From positions 44,456,001-44,520,000 of the forward strand of contig OZ249436.1 in the NCBI GenBank assembly GCA_965235115.1: a DNA stretch of 64,000 nucleotides, in the 5' to 3' direction. Positions 25,113 to 39,198 of the stretch are shown here, piece after piece. The position numbers and the translations under genes were made by a program. How positions within the stretch are numbered: the first letter of the stretch is position 1; each line of letters starts with the position of its first letter. This stretch comes from Laetmonice hystrix (taxonomy: Eukaryota). Below the pieces are notes generated by a model. The model had not been told where the DNA came from. It did no database searches and saw only the letters and a program-made list of their open reading frames with translations.

Positions 25113-27570
25113 GTGGGGAAGTACTGCACCTTATTCTGTGACCTGTGGGGAAGTACTGCACCTTATTCTGTGACCTGTGGGGAAGTACTGCACCTTATTC
25201 TGTGACCTGTGGGGAAGTACTGCACCTTATTCTGTGACCTGTGGGGACGCGTACTGCACCTTATTCTGTGACCTGTGGGGACGCGTACTGCACCTTATTC
25301 TGTGACCTGTGGGGACGCGTACTGCACCTTATTCTGTGACCTGTGGGGAAGCGTACTGCACCTTATTCTGTGACCTGTGGGGACGCGTACTGCACCTTAT
25401 TCTGTGACCTGTGGGGAAGTACTGCACCTTATTCTGTGACCTGTGGGGACGCGTACTGCACCTTATTCTGTGACCTGTGGGGACGCGTACTGCACCTTAT
25501 TCTGTGACCTGTGGGGACGCGTACTGCACCTTATTCTGTGACCTGTGGGGAAGTACTGCACCTTATTCTGTGACCTGTGGGGACGCGTACTGCACCTTAT
25601 TCTGTGACCTGTGGGGACGCGTACTGCACCTTATTCTGTGACCTGTGGGGAAGTACTGCACCTTATTCTGTGACCTGTGGGGACGCGTACTGCACCTTAT
25701 TCTGTGACCTGTGGGGAAGTACTGCACCTTATTCTGTGACCTGTGGGGACGCGTACTGCACCTTATTCTGTGACCTGTAGGGACGCGTACTGCACCTTAT
25801 TCTGTGACCTGTGGGGAAGTACTGCACCTTATTCTGTGACCTGTGGGGAAGTACTGCACCTTATTCTGTGACCTGTGGGGACGCGTACTGCACCTTATTC
25901 TGTGACCTTTGGGGACGCGTACTGCACCTTATTCTGTGACCTGTGGGGAAGTACTGCACCTTATTCTGTGACCTGTGGGGACGCGTACTGCACCTTATTC
26001 TGTGACCTGTGGGGAAGTACTGCACCTTATTCTGTGACCTGTGGGGACGTATTGCACCTTATTCTGTGACCTGTGGGGACGCGTACTGCACCTTATTCTG
26101 TGACCTGTGGGGAAGTACTGCACCTTATTCTGTGACCTGTAGGGACGCGTACTGCACCTTATTCTGTGACATGTGGGGACGCGTACTGCACCTTATTCTG
26201 TGACCTGTAGGGACGCGTACTGCACCTTATTCTGTGACCTGTGGGGAAGTACTGCACCTTATTCTGTGACCTGTGGGGACGCGTACTGCACCTTATTCTG
26301 TGACCTGTGGGGACGCGTACTGCACCTTATTCTGTGACCTGTGGGGAAGTACTGCACCTTATTCTGTGACCTGTGGGGACGCGTACTGCACCTTATTCTG
26401 TGACCTGTGGGGACGCGTACTGCACCTTATTCTGTGACCTGTGGGGACGCGTACTGCACCTTATTCTGTGACCTAAGGGGACGCGTACTGCACCTTATTC
26501 TGTGACCTGTGGGGACGCGTACTGCACCTTATTCTGTGACCTGTGGGGAAGTACTGCACCTTATTCTGTGACCTGTGGGGACGCGTACTGCACCTTATTC
26601 TGTGACCTGTGGGGACGCGTACTGCACCTTATTCTGTGACCTGTGGGGAAGTACTGCACCTTATTCTGTGACCTGTGGGGAAGTACTGCACCTTATTCTG
26701 TGACCTGTGGGGACGCGTACTGCACCTTATTATGTGACCTGTGGGGAAGTACTGCACCTTATTCTGTGACCTGTGGGGACGTATTGCACCTTATTCTGTG
26801 ACCTGTGGGGACGCGTACTGCACCTTATTCTGTGACCTGTGGGGAAGTACTGCACCTTATTCTGTGACCTGTGGGGAAGTACTGCACCTTATTCTGTGAC
26901 CTGTGGGGAAGTACTGCACCTTATTCTGTGACCTGTGGGGAAGTACTGCACCTTATTCTGTGACCTGTAGGGACGCGTACTGCACCTTATTCTGTGACAT
27001 GTGGGGACGCGTACTGCACCTTATTCTGTGACCTGTAGGGACGCGTACTGCACCTTATTCTGTGACCTGTGGGGAAGTACTGCACCTTATTCTGTGACCT
27101 GTGGGGACGCGTACTGCACCTTATTCTGTGACCTGTGGGGACGCGTACTGCACCTTATTCTGTGACCTGTGGGGAAGTACTGCACCTTATTCTGTGACCT
27201 GTGGGGACGCGTACTGCACCTTATTCTGTGACCTGTGGGGACGCGTACTGCACCTTATTCTGTGACCTGTGGGGACGCGTACTGCACCTTATTCTGTGAC
27301 CTAAGGGGACGCGTACTGCACCTTATTCTGTGACCTGTGGGGACGCGTACTGCACCTTATTCTGTGACCTGTGGGGAAGTACTGCACCTTATTCTGTGAC
27401 CTGTGGGGACGCGTACTGCACCTTATTCTGTGACCTGTGGGGACGCGTACTGCACCTTATTCTGTGACCTGTGGGGAAGTACTGCACCTTATTCTGTGAC
27501 CTGTGGGGACGCGTACTGCACCTTATTCTGTGACCTGTGGGGAAGCGTACTGCACCTTATTCTGTGACCT
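25113..27570. repeat. Minisatellite, 32/34-bp units, ~74 copies
   Basis: tgtgggga(a/cgc)gtactgcaccttattctgtgacc. Confidence 0.97.
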
Positions 27571-30016
27571 CAAGAAGGCCCTGAAAAGACCCGTATCCGA
27601 CTGATGTGTCAAGAAATGGGCTAATAACTCGCGAACGGCACGACACGCCCTGTCTGTTTCAACGTGTAAGAGGAAGTCGATAATGTGTGTTTAGTCTGCG
27701 TAACGAGGTCATTGTTGGATCGCAAGATCGTCAAACTATAATCATGGTCCTATATAATGTTTTTAAATGTAGCGTTCCAGCCACTGGTTCCAACTGGTCT
27801 TTTTTATATACAAATTGAGCGTGACGACTTGTATATGTTGTAACTAATTGGCCTGACTTCTTAATCTGAACCGATTATTTCAATAATCATGTTCTTTGTC
27901 TCCTAAATGTGATATAGGCCTTAATTCAGGATGGGAAAGCCAAGAAGGTAGGGCCTAGTGTTTTCGAATTTCTAAGAAGTTTCATGTGTTGTGATTGCGT
28001 CTACAAGTCGCCATGAGAGGACTAGGGTGTAGGTCTAGAGTCTACGAATCGCCATGATATGTCTAGGGTCTAGGTCTAGGGTCTACGAGTCACATTGATA
28101 GCACCAGGGTCTAGGTCTAGAGTCTAAGAGTCCATGATGGCAGATACAATTTATAGCCCTGGTGAAACTTGAAGAAAATTTCCGTCCATGTAAGCAAAGT
28201 AGGAGGTATGATCCTCGTATAATATGTCTGAAACACTGTTTGCTATGTTCTAGTCCACAATCTACCTGTGGATGATACGCCTGGCTTCATTCCAAAGGAC
28301 ACTGTGACGGGTACTCGGGTGGTAAAAGTTTTTGGCTGTAGACACGAGAGAAAAGTAAACGTAGATTGGGCTGAGACTGTGTACATGGCACGCGACCGCA
28401 CCCTTCGAATACATAACATATGTGACAAACCGAAGGGTTTACATAGACCACCTGATCATTGTGTTAGCCGTGAAACAAACATCAGGTTGGCTGATACACA
28501 CTTTATAAAGATAACCATGACAGACAGGGGCCGGGGTGTATTTTGATATTCACAATATTCACTACATGACAACAGGTCAATTTTATAAAGATAACCATGA
28601 CAGACAGGGGCCGGGGTGTATTTTGATATTCACAATATTCACTAAATGACAACAGGTCAATTTTTAACTGAACAAATTATGATAATACATCTTATAATAA
28701 AAATGGATCTAAATATCTATACCTCTGAGCCACGTGCCGGAAAGAAAGGTCCTGGTGCTATATGTGGAATATCATGGACCTCTGAGCCATGCGCCAGAGA
28801 GAAAAGTCCATAACTTTGGATCTTTTGTAAAATATCTGGACCTCTGACCCAGTGGCTTACAAAAAAGGTCCACAATTTTGATTGTTTTGTGAAATATCTG
28901 GAGATCTAAACCACGCCCCTTCGAAAAAGGTCCAAAATTTGTTTTAGAAAAGGTCCAAAATCTCAAACTCCTTTCTAAAGAGTCCATAATTATGTATATC
29001 TTGTCTTTTGAGGCTATCCTAGCGGCTCAAGTCGCTGAATGGCCGTGACGTCATAAAATGCGCGATAAAAGATGCTAATCCTAGCCCTTACCGTAACACC
29101 CATTATCGCTCATTTGGTGACGTCACTGCCATTCGGCGACGTGTGCCATTTTATCTATTGAAAGATGGTTTTGAGTTGAGGTGGTCAGATGTTTGGAAAA
29201 GCATGTCTTTTACTTCATCCTCCATCTTTAAAGCTAATTTAATAACCAATAGGACCGATGAAGATATGCTGATTATATAGACAGTATTATATGGCCTACA
29301 TACACGCAATCGGAACTTCCGAGGCCATTTCCGGTTCAGAAATAACCTCGGATGTATTAAGGCCCTATGATACAAACGTAAAACGTCAAATTGAAGAGGT
29401 TCGACCACATAACCGCTCATGGTCTACCACCCTGCAGCGTAGTTCCAACGCGGCAAATACAAACATGGTGAGCTCTTAAATTCGCGACAACAAGGTGCAA
29501 TTTGGAATGGGAGTGTCTGCAGCACATCTATGTGGGTAAAGATTGTGTGTGTCAGATTCATAACTTTCCGCGATCTGAGGCTCACCCGAAGCCTATAATA
29601 TTAGCGTATGTATGTTGCGAAGTTTACAGAATATTTTAGTTCAAACGTAACATTTCCTATTGGCCTACCAAGTTCCAACAATTTCACAGAGTTTGGCTAA
29701 ACGGGTAACCAAATGCTTTAGCCACATCAGAATCTGTTTAGCCATATTGTTTCTCCAACTAATAAATAAAATATAAATCCTGGGGAGGTGTGCACGTTTC
29801 AGAAATAGATCACATGAATTTCCTCCATCTCCAGATTTTAAACTTCGCCAGCGTGGTGAAAACATTGTGTGTTTTGTTATATTCTATTTCGCCACTTTGC
29901 TATTGTTTTCGCCAATGCAAACGTGGCGAACGGCTAGTGGAAGTCTAGCGTAAATCCACGGATTGGGTTAATCTCAAGATTAAGTACGTTCTTGACCACG
30001 GCCAATTACCATTCTC

Positions 30017-30229
30017 AAGTGCTGAACCCACCAAGGCAATTCCCCTTGCGACGGCCATGCGATTTGTGATTTAATGGTGGAATTTCACTCTGAAATTTTT
30101 CCTGGCTGGCCTTCTCCGTTTTAGGAAATGGGTTCCATCCTTTAATCTCAAAATTACAGTAAAATAAAAGGGTGATGTCAAAATCGCATGGGCGTCGCAA
30201 GGGGAATCGCTTTGGTGGGTTCAGCACTT
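30017..30229. mobile_element. MITE with ~50-bp TIRs
   Basis: aagtgctgaacccaccaa...ccccttgcgacg.ccatgcgattt mirrored by aaatcgcatgg.cgtcgcaagggg...ttggtgggttcagcactt. Confidence 0.85.
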
Positions 30230-31171
30230 TAGCCAGTCAGCCACAGATTATCACCCCAAGATAACCCCCACGATACCAGATTAACTGATGCATGTACAGT
30301 CCAGATTTACATGAGTTTATACACGGATCTCTAAGATCTGTCTCAGTCGGATTATAGATATTTCTGGGTTCTAAGTCACGTGTTTCTACACCAAGCCTAC
30401 CCGGGTGTTTACATGAACCCTTTACAGCTGAGCACCCATCAAACAGGTCAGCCTTGTGTAAATTTCATGCAGGCCACTCTCCGAGCAAAATCTGAAAAAT
30501 GGGTTATTTAAATAATCGTGGTCGGTTTGCGTTTCACCTCTCAGGTAACATTTTATTGTGTTAATGGAAATTTTTACTCTTAGCAGAGCAATTCATATTC
30601 GAGGAGTGTCCTCATTTTATCTGGAACAATGCGAACCGTTTTCAGGATATCATATGAGATGCAACCTAAACAACTCCCATAACAATACCCTCACTTTTTG
30701 CGAATTTTCTTTTGTTAGACATTCAATTTCCGATTGAAAGAACCCCAAATTTGAGTTGAAGAAGGAAGGGCATGTCTCCTTCACATTATCGCATTCTGTC
30801 AATCCCCAAGATGGTTTGACTGTAATATTGACTGTTTTCTCCTTAGATGCCGACACGGCGTGAAACCATGCACCATTATTCACTCAATATTCACGTTAAG
30901 GTTTATGTGCATTTCTGATTCATTCCTGGTGGGCAAATTATCAGTACTTGTACTTACACCATGGGAGATGATTGTTTACATGTATTTATGCCCGTTTCGT
31001 TAAAGTCTGAAGACAACTCGACGTATTTTGTACGGTTCAGAGTTTTTAGAACCTATCACACAAAGGTAACAGAGCAATTGTTCTCACCATGCGGTTTAAA
31101 TATAGAGGGTTGCAATACCGGAAATACATTTTTGGGATGCTTCACCTCCTTATTAACTACATCCTTGTGTG

Positions 31172-31728
31172 AACATCTGGGACAAGATCCGCTACGACCG
31201 TTTCCATGACAACATCTGGGGCAGACAAGATCCGCTACGACCGTTTCCATGACAACATCTGGGGCAGACAAGATCCGCTACGACCGTTTCCATGACAACA
31301 TCTGGGGCAGACAAGATCCGCTACGACCGTTTCCATGACAACATCTGGGGCAGACAAGATCCGCTACGACCGTTTCCATGACAACATCTGGGGCAGACAA
31401 GATCCGCTACGACCGTTTCCATGACAACATCTGGGGCAGACAAGATCCGCTACGACCGTTTCCATGACAACATCTGGGGCAGACAAGATCCGCTACGACC
31501 GTTTCCATGACAACATCTGGGGCAGACAAGATCCGCTACGACCGTTTCCATGACAACATCTGGGGCAGACAAGATCCGCTACGACCGTTTCCATGACAAC
31601 ATCTGGGGCAGACAAGATCCGCTACGACCGTTTCCATGACAACATCTGGGGCAGACAAGATCCGCTACGACCGTTTCCATGACAACATCTGGGACAGACA
31701 AGATCCGCTACGACCGTTTCCATGACAA
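31172..31728. repeat. Minisatellite, 43-bp unit, ~13 near-identical copies
   Basis: acaagatccgctacgaccgtttccatgacaacatctggggcag. Confidence 0.97.
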
Positions 31729-32167
31729 TATTTTAACCAGGGCATGGGGAGGTGAGGTCAACATTAAGCCCGATCATGACTTGCCACACTGGCATTTCCA
31801 AAAACGTACCACTTCAGGCAATTTCTGTTCATCATCGAACATACTGGCCCTAGAGATATCATGGTCGATGGAAGAAGAAGAGAAGGAGAGGAAGAGGGAG
31901 AGGAAGAGGAAAAAGAAGCAGAAGAAGAAGTTAGACCATTTTCTTGGCATTCAATAACCAATTACTTGCAATAACGCTTTGCCCCCTCCACTGCCTGTGC
32001 ATTCGTTCTAAACATGAATCATTTTTCACTTCATACATCATTTTGAAGTTCTAGACTTTTACGGGAAACGAAAAGAACCCCCCTGCCCTAGCTGCACCAC
32101 CGAAAGGTATTGTGCGGAGATGCCCATTTCGTCTGCCGAATGCCTACGTCGTGAAGCGTCTGAGCGT

Positions 32168-32762
32168 TAAGCCCCAGTCAAACAGGGCCTGCGACCAGGT
32201 TACGACCTAGCTGCGACCACAAAATGTTGGAATCGCAGGCAAATCGTAGAAAGAGCGTGCGACTGGTCGCAGAGGTCGTGAGTGATCGCCAGAGCAAAAG
32301 CAGTTGCAGCAAGGTCGATGGTCATGTTCAAAACTTCTGACCTGCGATTCCAAATCGTAAGAGGTGGCAGACAGGTCTTATAATGGTCGTACCACCTGTC
32401 GTGCATGGTCGCACCACCAGTCTTGCATGATCGCAGGTCAAGCAGTCGCACGATTGGTTGTGCAACTGGTCGTGCCACCGGACGATTGGTGGTGCCACCT
32501 GTCGTATGACCTTACGATCATCTGTATACTGCGCCCAGTAACGACCTGTCCCGACTGGTTGCACGACCTTACAATTGGTGGTCGCCACGATTGATCGTTG
32601 CACGATTACCTACGATTGATCTTGCTATTGATCTTCTCCAATCGCAGGTGATCGCACGAACACGCGTACCTCCAATCGTACGATGACCATCCACGATAAA
32701 GGGCAATTCGCCACCAGTCGCAAGATCCAGAAATCGTACGTTCCAGTGTGACTGAGGCTTTA
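32168..32762. mobile_element. Probable PIF/Harbinger-type non-autonomous element
   Basis: taa-gccccagtcaaac ... gtgtgactgaggct-tta termini. Interior rich in short gatcgc/gtcgca/tacgac inverted motifs. Confidence 0.6.
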
Positions 32763-32850
32763 TGCAAACTGGTGTTGACAGCGTTGGAATTTTTTATTAT
32801 ACCCCAGACAGGGGACACATATCAACGCCTTTGCGAAGCAATGGTGAGGG

Positions 32851-35575
32851 CCAGTGAGACAAAATCGCATTGGATGGATACAAATCCACCTGTAACACCC
32901 AGTGAGACAAATGGTATTGGATGGATACAAATCCACCTGTAACACCCAGTGAGACAAATGGTATTGGATGGATACAAATCCACCTCTAACACCCAGTGAG
33001 ACAAATGGTATTGGATGGATACAAATCCACCAGTAACACCCAGTGAGACAAATGGTATTGGATGGATACAAATCCACCTCTAACACCCAGTGAGACAAAT
33101 GGTATTGGATGGATACCAATCCACCTGTAACACCCAGTGAGACAAATGGTATTGGATGGATACAAATCCACCTCTAACACCCAGTGAGACAAATGGTATT
33201 GGATGGATACAAATCCACCTCTAACACCCAGTGAGACAAAAGGTATTGGATGGATACAAATCTACCTCTAACACCCAGTGAGACAAATAGTATTGGATGG
33301 ATACAAATCCACCTCTAACACCCAGTGAGACAAATGGTATTGGATGGATACAAATCCACCTCTAACACCCAGTGAGACAAAAGGTATTGGATGGATACAA
33401 ATCTACCTCTAACACCCAGTGAGACAAATGGTATTGGATGGATACAAATCCACCTCTAACACCCAGTGAGACAAATGGTATTGGATGGATACAAATCTAC
33501 CTCTAACACCCAGTGAGACAAAAGGTATTGGATGGATACAAATCCACCTCTAACACCCAGTGAGACAAATGGTATTGGATGGATACAAATCCACCTGTAA
33601 CACCCAGTGAGACAAATGGTATTGGATGGATACAAATCCACCTCTAACACCCAGTGAGACAAATGGTATTGGATGGATACAAATCTACCTCTAACACCCA
33701 GTGAGACAAAAGGTATTGGATGGATACAAATCCACCTCTAACACCCAGTGAGACAAATGGTATTGGATGGATACAAATCCACCTCTAACACCCAGTGAGA
33801 CAAATGGTATTGGATGGATACAAATCCACCTCTAACACCCAGTGAGACAAATGGTATTGGATGGATACAAATCCACCTCTAACACCCAGTGAGACAAATG
33901 GTATTGGATGGATACAAATCCACCTCTAACACCCAGTGAGACAAATGGTATTGGATGGATACAAATCCACCAGTAACACCCAGTGAGACAAATGGTATTG
34001 GATGGATACAAATCCACCAGTAACACCCAGTGAGACAAATGGTATTGGATGGATACAAATCCACCTGTAACACCCAGTGAGACAAATGGAAGGATACAAA
34101 TCCACCTCTAACACCCAGTGAGACAAATGGAAGGATACAAATCCACCTGTAACACCCAGTGAGACAAATGGTATTGGATGGATACAAATCCACCTGTAAC
34201 ACCCAGTGAGACAAATGGTATTGGATGGATACAAATCCACCTGTAACACCCAGTGAGACAAATGGTATTGGATGGATACAAATCCACCTCTAACACCCAG
34301 TGAGACAAATGGTATTGGATGGATACAAATCCACCTCTAACACCCAGTGAGACAAATGGTATTGGATGGATACAAATCCACCAGTAACACCCAGTGAGAC
34401 AAATGGTATTGGATGGATACAAATCCACCTCTAACACCCAGTGAGACAAATGGTATTGGATGGATACCAATCCACCTGTAACACCCAGTGAGACAAATGG
34501 TATTGGATGGATACAAATCCACCTCTAACACCCAGTGAGACAAATGGTATTGGATGGATACAAATCCACCTGTAACACCCAGTGAGACAAATGGTATTGG
34601 ATGGATACAAATCTACCTCTAACACCCAGTGAGACAAAAGGTATTGGATGGATACAAATCCACCTCTAACACCCAGTGAGACAAATGGTATTGGATGGAT
34701 ACAAATCCACCTCTAACACCCAGTGAGACAAATGGTATTGGATGGATACAAATCCACCTCTAACACCCAGTGAGACAAATGGTATTGGATGGATACAAAT
34801 CCACCAGTAACACCCAGTGAGACAAATGGTATTGGATGGATACAAATCCACCTCTAACACCCAGTGAGACAAATGGTATTGGAAGGATACAAATCCACCT
34901 GTAACACCCAGTGAGACAAATGGATGGATACCCATCCACCTGTAACACCCAGTGAGACAAATGGAAGGATACCCATCCACCTGTAACACCCAGTGAGACA
35001 AATGGAAGGATACCCATCCACCTGTAACACCCAGTGAGACAAATGGAAGGATACCCATCCACCTGTAACACCCAGTGAGACAAATGGAAGGATACCCATC
35101 CACCTGTAACACCCAGTGAGACAAATGGATGGATACAAATCCACCTGTAACACCCAGTGAGACAAATGGAAGGATACAAATCCACCTCTAACACCCAGTG
35201 AGACAAATGGAAGGATACCCATCCACCTGTAACACCCAGTGAGACAAATGGTATTGGAAGGATATAAATCCACCTGTAACACCCAGTGAGACAAATGGAA
35301 GGATACAAATCCACCTCTAACACCCAGTGAGACAAATGGAAGGATACAAATCCACCTCTAACACCCAGTGAGACAAATGGAAGGATACCCATCCACCTGT
35401 AACACCCAGTGAGACAAATGGTATTGGAAGGATACAAATCCACCTGTAACACCCAGTGAGACAAATGGAAGGATACAAATCTACCTGTAACACCCAGTGA
35501 GACAAATGGAAGGATACAAATCTACCTGTAACACCCAGTGAGACAAATGGAAGGATACAAATCCACCTGTAACAC
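32851..35575. repeat. Minisatellite, 47-bp unit (40-bp variant distally), ~60 copies
   Basis: cccagtgagacaaatggtattggatggatacaaatccacct(g/c)taaca. Source of all the MSHWVL... ORFs. Confidence 0.97.
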
Positions 35576-37309
35576 GCACATGATCCTGCAGTCCAACACA
35601 CGACCACTTCCTCACCCAGCCCTCTCCCCGCTCGTCGCCTCTTACAGCTAGGGGTGGAGCTGAAGACCATTCTTATATTTTATCCCTAAAGTGGGCAATT
35701 TTAGAGGACAGTCCTTGCTTTCACATGACTTTCCCTCTATAAATGTTCGCCATGGAGATAGCATTGGACGCCGATACGGCGTAAAACCACCATTACTCAC
35801 TCACTCCCTCTATACATGCCAGGCCAAGATAAACTTTGCAGATTTCAGGTACAAATTGTCTCCTAACCTTGGGGCCAATTCTTACAGAGATTGCGTGTTT
35901 CTTACGGCTGCCCTTGTAAGGATGAGATGGGGTGAGAGAGGGAAGGGGTGTAAGAAGGGGGTAGGTTAACAGTCTATTCTTACCCTCCAACTCCCCTCAA
36001 CCCTGCTTTCTCAGCGCTCGGCCATATGGTTGACCTGGTAAGGTGAGATGGATAATCGAATGAGTTGCACCCCTCTCGGGTCATGAAACATTGGCTTGAC
36101 CCGATTCATACCTCGTACACACCTGAAGTTATACCTGAGGTCCATGTAAGGTTGTACACACCTGACCGTCCAGGTAATGTACACGTCTCAGGAACAACTG
36201 AGCAACCTACTGGGGTGCAAAAACGGGGTGGGATAAAGCCACCCTCTTGACAACTTACTGTTAGAACATTTTAACGTACGGATTAATGGCAACTAAGGAT
36301 TAAAGGATAACAACTTGTCGAAAATCACATACAGACTACAGCTAGGCCTCCATTTATACTATCGTTTCACAGCAATATTGGAAATAAAGTTTCCCCCATT
36401 CTAAGAATTCCTATGTCAAACATGATATTTCCATCAAAATCGCCCGCTGCACCAATGCCGCCATTATTACTGTGGCTGGAAGTCCGCTGACGTCATTGTA
36501 TGTTTCTAGTTCCGCAGGCTCCGGCATAAAATGTTTATATCTAAACTATTTGAGCACCAATTGTGTTGAAATCTTTTCTAAATTACTTAAAATTTCACGG
36601 CCTGTCTGCCTGGCCATGTACCTACATTCGCAAACATTATGATATTATTATAACGACTCAGGCTATGATTGCTCTGTGCTGGCGGTTGTAAGATTTGAGA
36701 AAGCATGCCATATCAAGATACCAATATTATGATGATAATTGGTCGTGCGGTACCTTGTCATTAATAAGTCACATTCGGTCGGTTCCAGACTCCAGTTATT
36801 GGCCACATTCTCTGGACCCAAGCCCTGTGATAGTTCCTGTGGTGACGTATCCTCACACCCTGTCGGAAACTATGAGTCACATTCAGAGCGAGAACAAACC
36901 TTTCATTGATTCAGTTCACTGATGATATAGTGATCAGATTCAAGAAAAGCTGTAGGGCTTGAACTAGGCCCAGTATAAAAGGATCGATAAAAAAGAGAGA
37001 AAAGCCATCGGCCACCCACCCAGCCGAGCGTCAGTGGTATTAGTCAGCAAAATATTTGAAATCAAGACTTTAACAGGGTACAGGTTTACCTAAACAAGTC
37101 CAGGTATGATCTTCATGACTTAATGCCAAGGTCATTGCTTAAGTCAGGTCAAGGTCATAGGGTAAAGCATAACGCATAGGTTACATTCACACATGTATTG
37201 GATATAGAATAATATTCACATTATGTCCGCTAGTTCCTGGAACACAAACATCATGGACAACTGCTGCACTAATTTCTCATCAGTCCACGAGGCGGCGCTG
37301 CCGACATAC

Positions 37310-37494
37310 GTCCGCAACCGAGGCTGACCAGCCCACTGCTCGCGGCCAATCGTCAGTCGTGACCCCGGGATACCTACCGCCACCTATCGGTCGGTAGGAA
37401 CACGATGGCCCTCCAGGCATACGATGACCGATTGGTGGACAACTACTCTGGACGGACAGGGGAAGGTCGAGCCAAAGATGGCATTTTATCCGTT
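37310..37494 (-). CDS. Candidate gene 1 ectodomain exon, phase 1-0 (RIKCHLWLDLPLSVQSSCPP...WSASVAD)
   Basis: Acceptor ttattctgaccag| and donor GAC|gtatgt. 185 nt open frame, GC-rich relative to flanks. Confidence 0.45.
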
Positions 37495-37712
37495 CTGGTC
37501 AGAATAACTTGGTTGAAGCGTTAATGGGAGTAGGTCTAATAGTACGATTTTTACTCATATCAATCCGTCCGATGGTCACATCCATGAACCTGGCGGATGT
37601 CCAGCTGGCGCGTTTGAGCAAATGTTGTAATTTGCTAATTTAGGTGTGTCAATGAAAAAGTCACAATATTTTGGGTAGGACTATCTGCGAATTTTGGAAA
37701 GGTTATAACTTG

Positions 37713-38740
37713 AAACTAGACCTCCAGATTGCAGGCAATCAGGTATCCCGTTCCTCTATGGATGTGGCTAGAAAAGCTGTGTATGGCATGAAAGAAAGTC
37801 AACCATACCAGCAATGAACGAATAGTAATTATGGGTCCAGGGTAGACTATTTACAAGCTTTAGCATTGGGAAATTGGGGAAATAACAATGACATCCTAAT
37901 GACGTCATAGGTTACGTCACCTAAAAAAAAAAAAGTTCCCCAGTGGGGGATTCGAACCCACGACCCTTGGCATGAAATTCCTACGCTCTACCACTGCGCC
38001 AACCTTGCAAGTGAGTAAGTTTTAGAGTGTTGCTGTAAATGAATGACCACAGTGGTAAAGAACTATATGCATTACGTCATACCACGGTTACGTCACGGCA
38101 GGCTTATAAAGGAGGCATAGTGGAAGAGAATTAGGCCATAAACATTAGATATGACAGAGATTCAGCCAACTTTCTGATTAGACGGAAAATATACAAACTT
38201 CGAAATCACGTGACTCAGCCATATGACGTCAGATCAAAATAATTTGCCGTAACTTTGTACAGCCCACTATGGAGAATACTATGCAGCCATTTATTTTTTG
38301 TTTCATCAAGAAACAGAGCACCTATATCCTTTTGACTGTTTTCTACATTATTACATATATCTGAGTTAGGTCAAAGGTCAAAGGTCAAATGTATGGGGCA
38401 AATGATAAAGTTACTAGTGCTGAGTAAGTTGGCATGAATAACTTTTGTCTATCTCTGCCCAGAAGTGTACCACGTGACACCAAAGTTGCTGTGTTTAAGA
38501 CGTCATAAAATGACGTCATGACGTCCCATGACTTATTCCATCGTATGTCGAGATCTTCATGTTATGATGAATCATCCCTGCAAGTTTCATCCAGATATCT
38601 TGAACAGTGAGCTAGATATTTCCCTATATTCCCCATAGGTTAACTACTACTACTACGACAATAATAATAATAATAATAGTGTACACCCAAACCGTACAAT
38701 TTTAGAATCCCGTTCCTCAGTCAGAGGAACGGGATAATAA
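37713..38740 (-). mobile_element. Helentron-associated non-autonomous element (HINE/DINE-1-like)
   Basis: One end has hairpin atcccgttcctc-agtca-gaggaacgggat next to an (act)n(aat)n microsatellite. The other end has the matching subTIR tatcccgttcctc, hairpin gattgc-ag-gcaatc and terminal aaactag (ctagttt on minus). Confidence 0.8.
37935..38006 (-). ncRNA. tRNA-like Pol III cassette (pseudo-tRNA) inside the HINE
   Basis: Minus strand reads tggcgcagtggtagagcg (A box) ... ggttcgaatcc (B box), followed by a T12 run. Acceptor and anticodon stems pair poorly. Confidence 0.65.
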
Positions 38741-38811
38741 ATGTAAGGTAGACATTGGCGAAAATTAGGTTCTTGCCAGTTACAGCAGAAATGTTCGTGA
38801 TAATCACAAAA

Positions 38812-39015
38812 TTATGTCTCTGTCTCTGCTGCTGTCTCTGGCTCTCTCTCTATCTCTCTCTGTCTCTCTCTGTCTGTCTGTCTGTCTCTCTCCATCTCTC
38901 TGTTTTATCTCGCTCTATCTCGCTCTTCTATATCTCTATCCCTATTTCTCTCTCTCTCTTTCTTGCTGTCTCCCTCTCTCTCTCCCTCTCTCATCCCCTC
39001 TCTCTGTGTATCTCA
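38812..39015. repeat. (CT)n-rich microsatellite
   Basis: Degenerate ct/ctgt/ctat run. Confidence 0.9.
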
Positions 39016-39198
39016 GACTCAGAATCAGAGTGTGACGGCATAAAATTTAATTCCCATTTTAGTATTTTTTCATATATTTATATAGAGTATTATACGTGTG
39101 TGCCATGCTTGCTGCCCACAATACACGATCCTTGCTGCCGTATTGTACGTGGTATTGGCCTGTTAGTACGGGCAGTGTACCTTTTGGTTCGCTCTATA

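Noticed and set aside
25113..27570. CRISPR-like appearance of the 32-47-bp arrays (also 31172-31728, 32851-35575, 1232-1650)
   Set aside because: Units are head-to-tail with no unique spacers, no cas genes are present, and the context is spliceosomal introns.
32760..35670. Many overlapping MSHWVL.../RWICIHP ORFs
   Set aside because: Translations of a 47/40-bp repeat cycling through frames.
37935..38006. Functional tRNA gene
   Set aside because: Acceptor and anticodon stems do not pair properly; kept only as a tRNA-like cassette.
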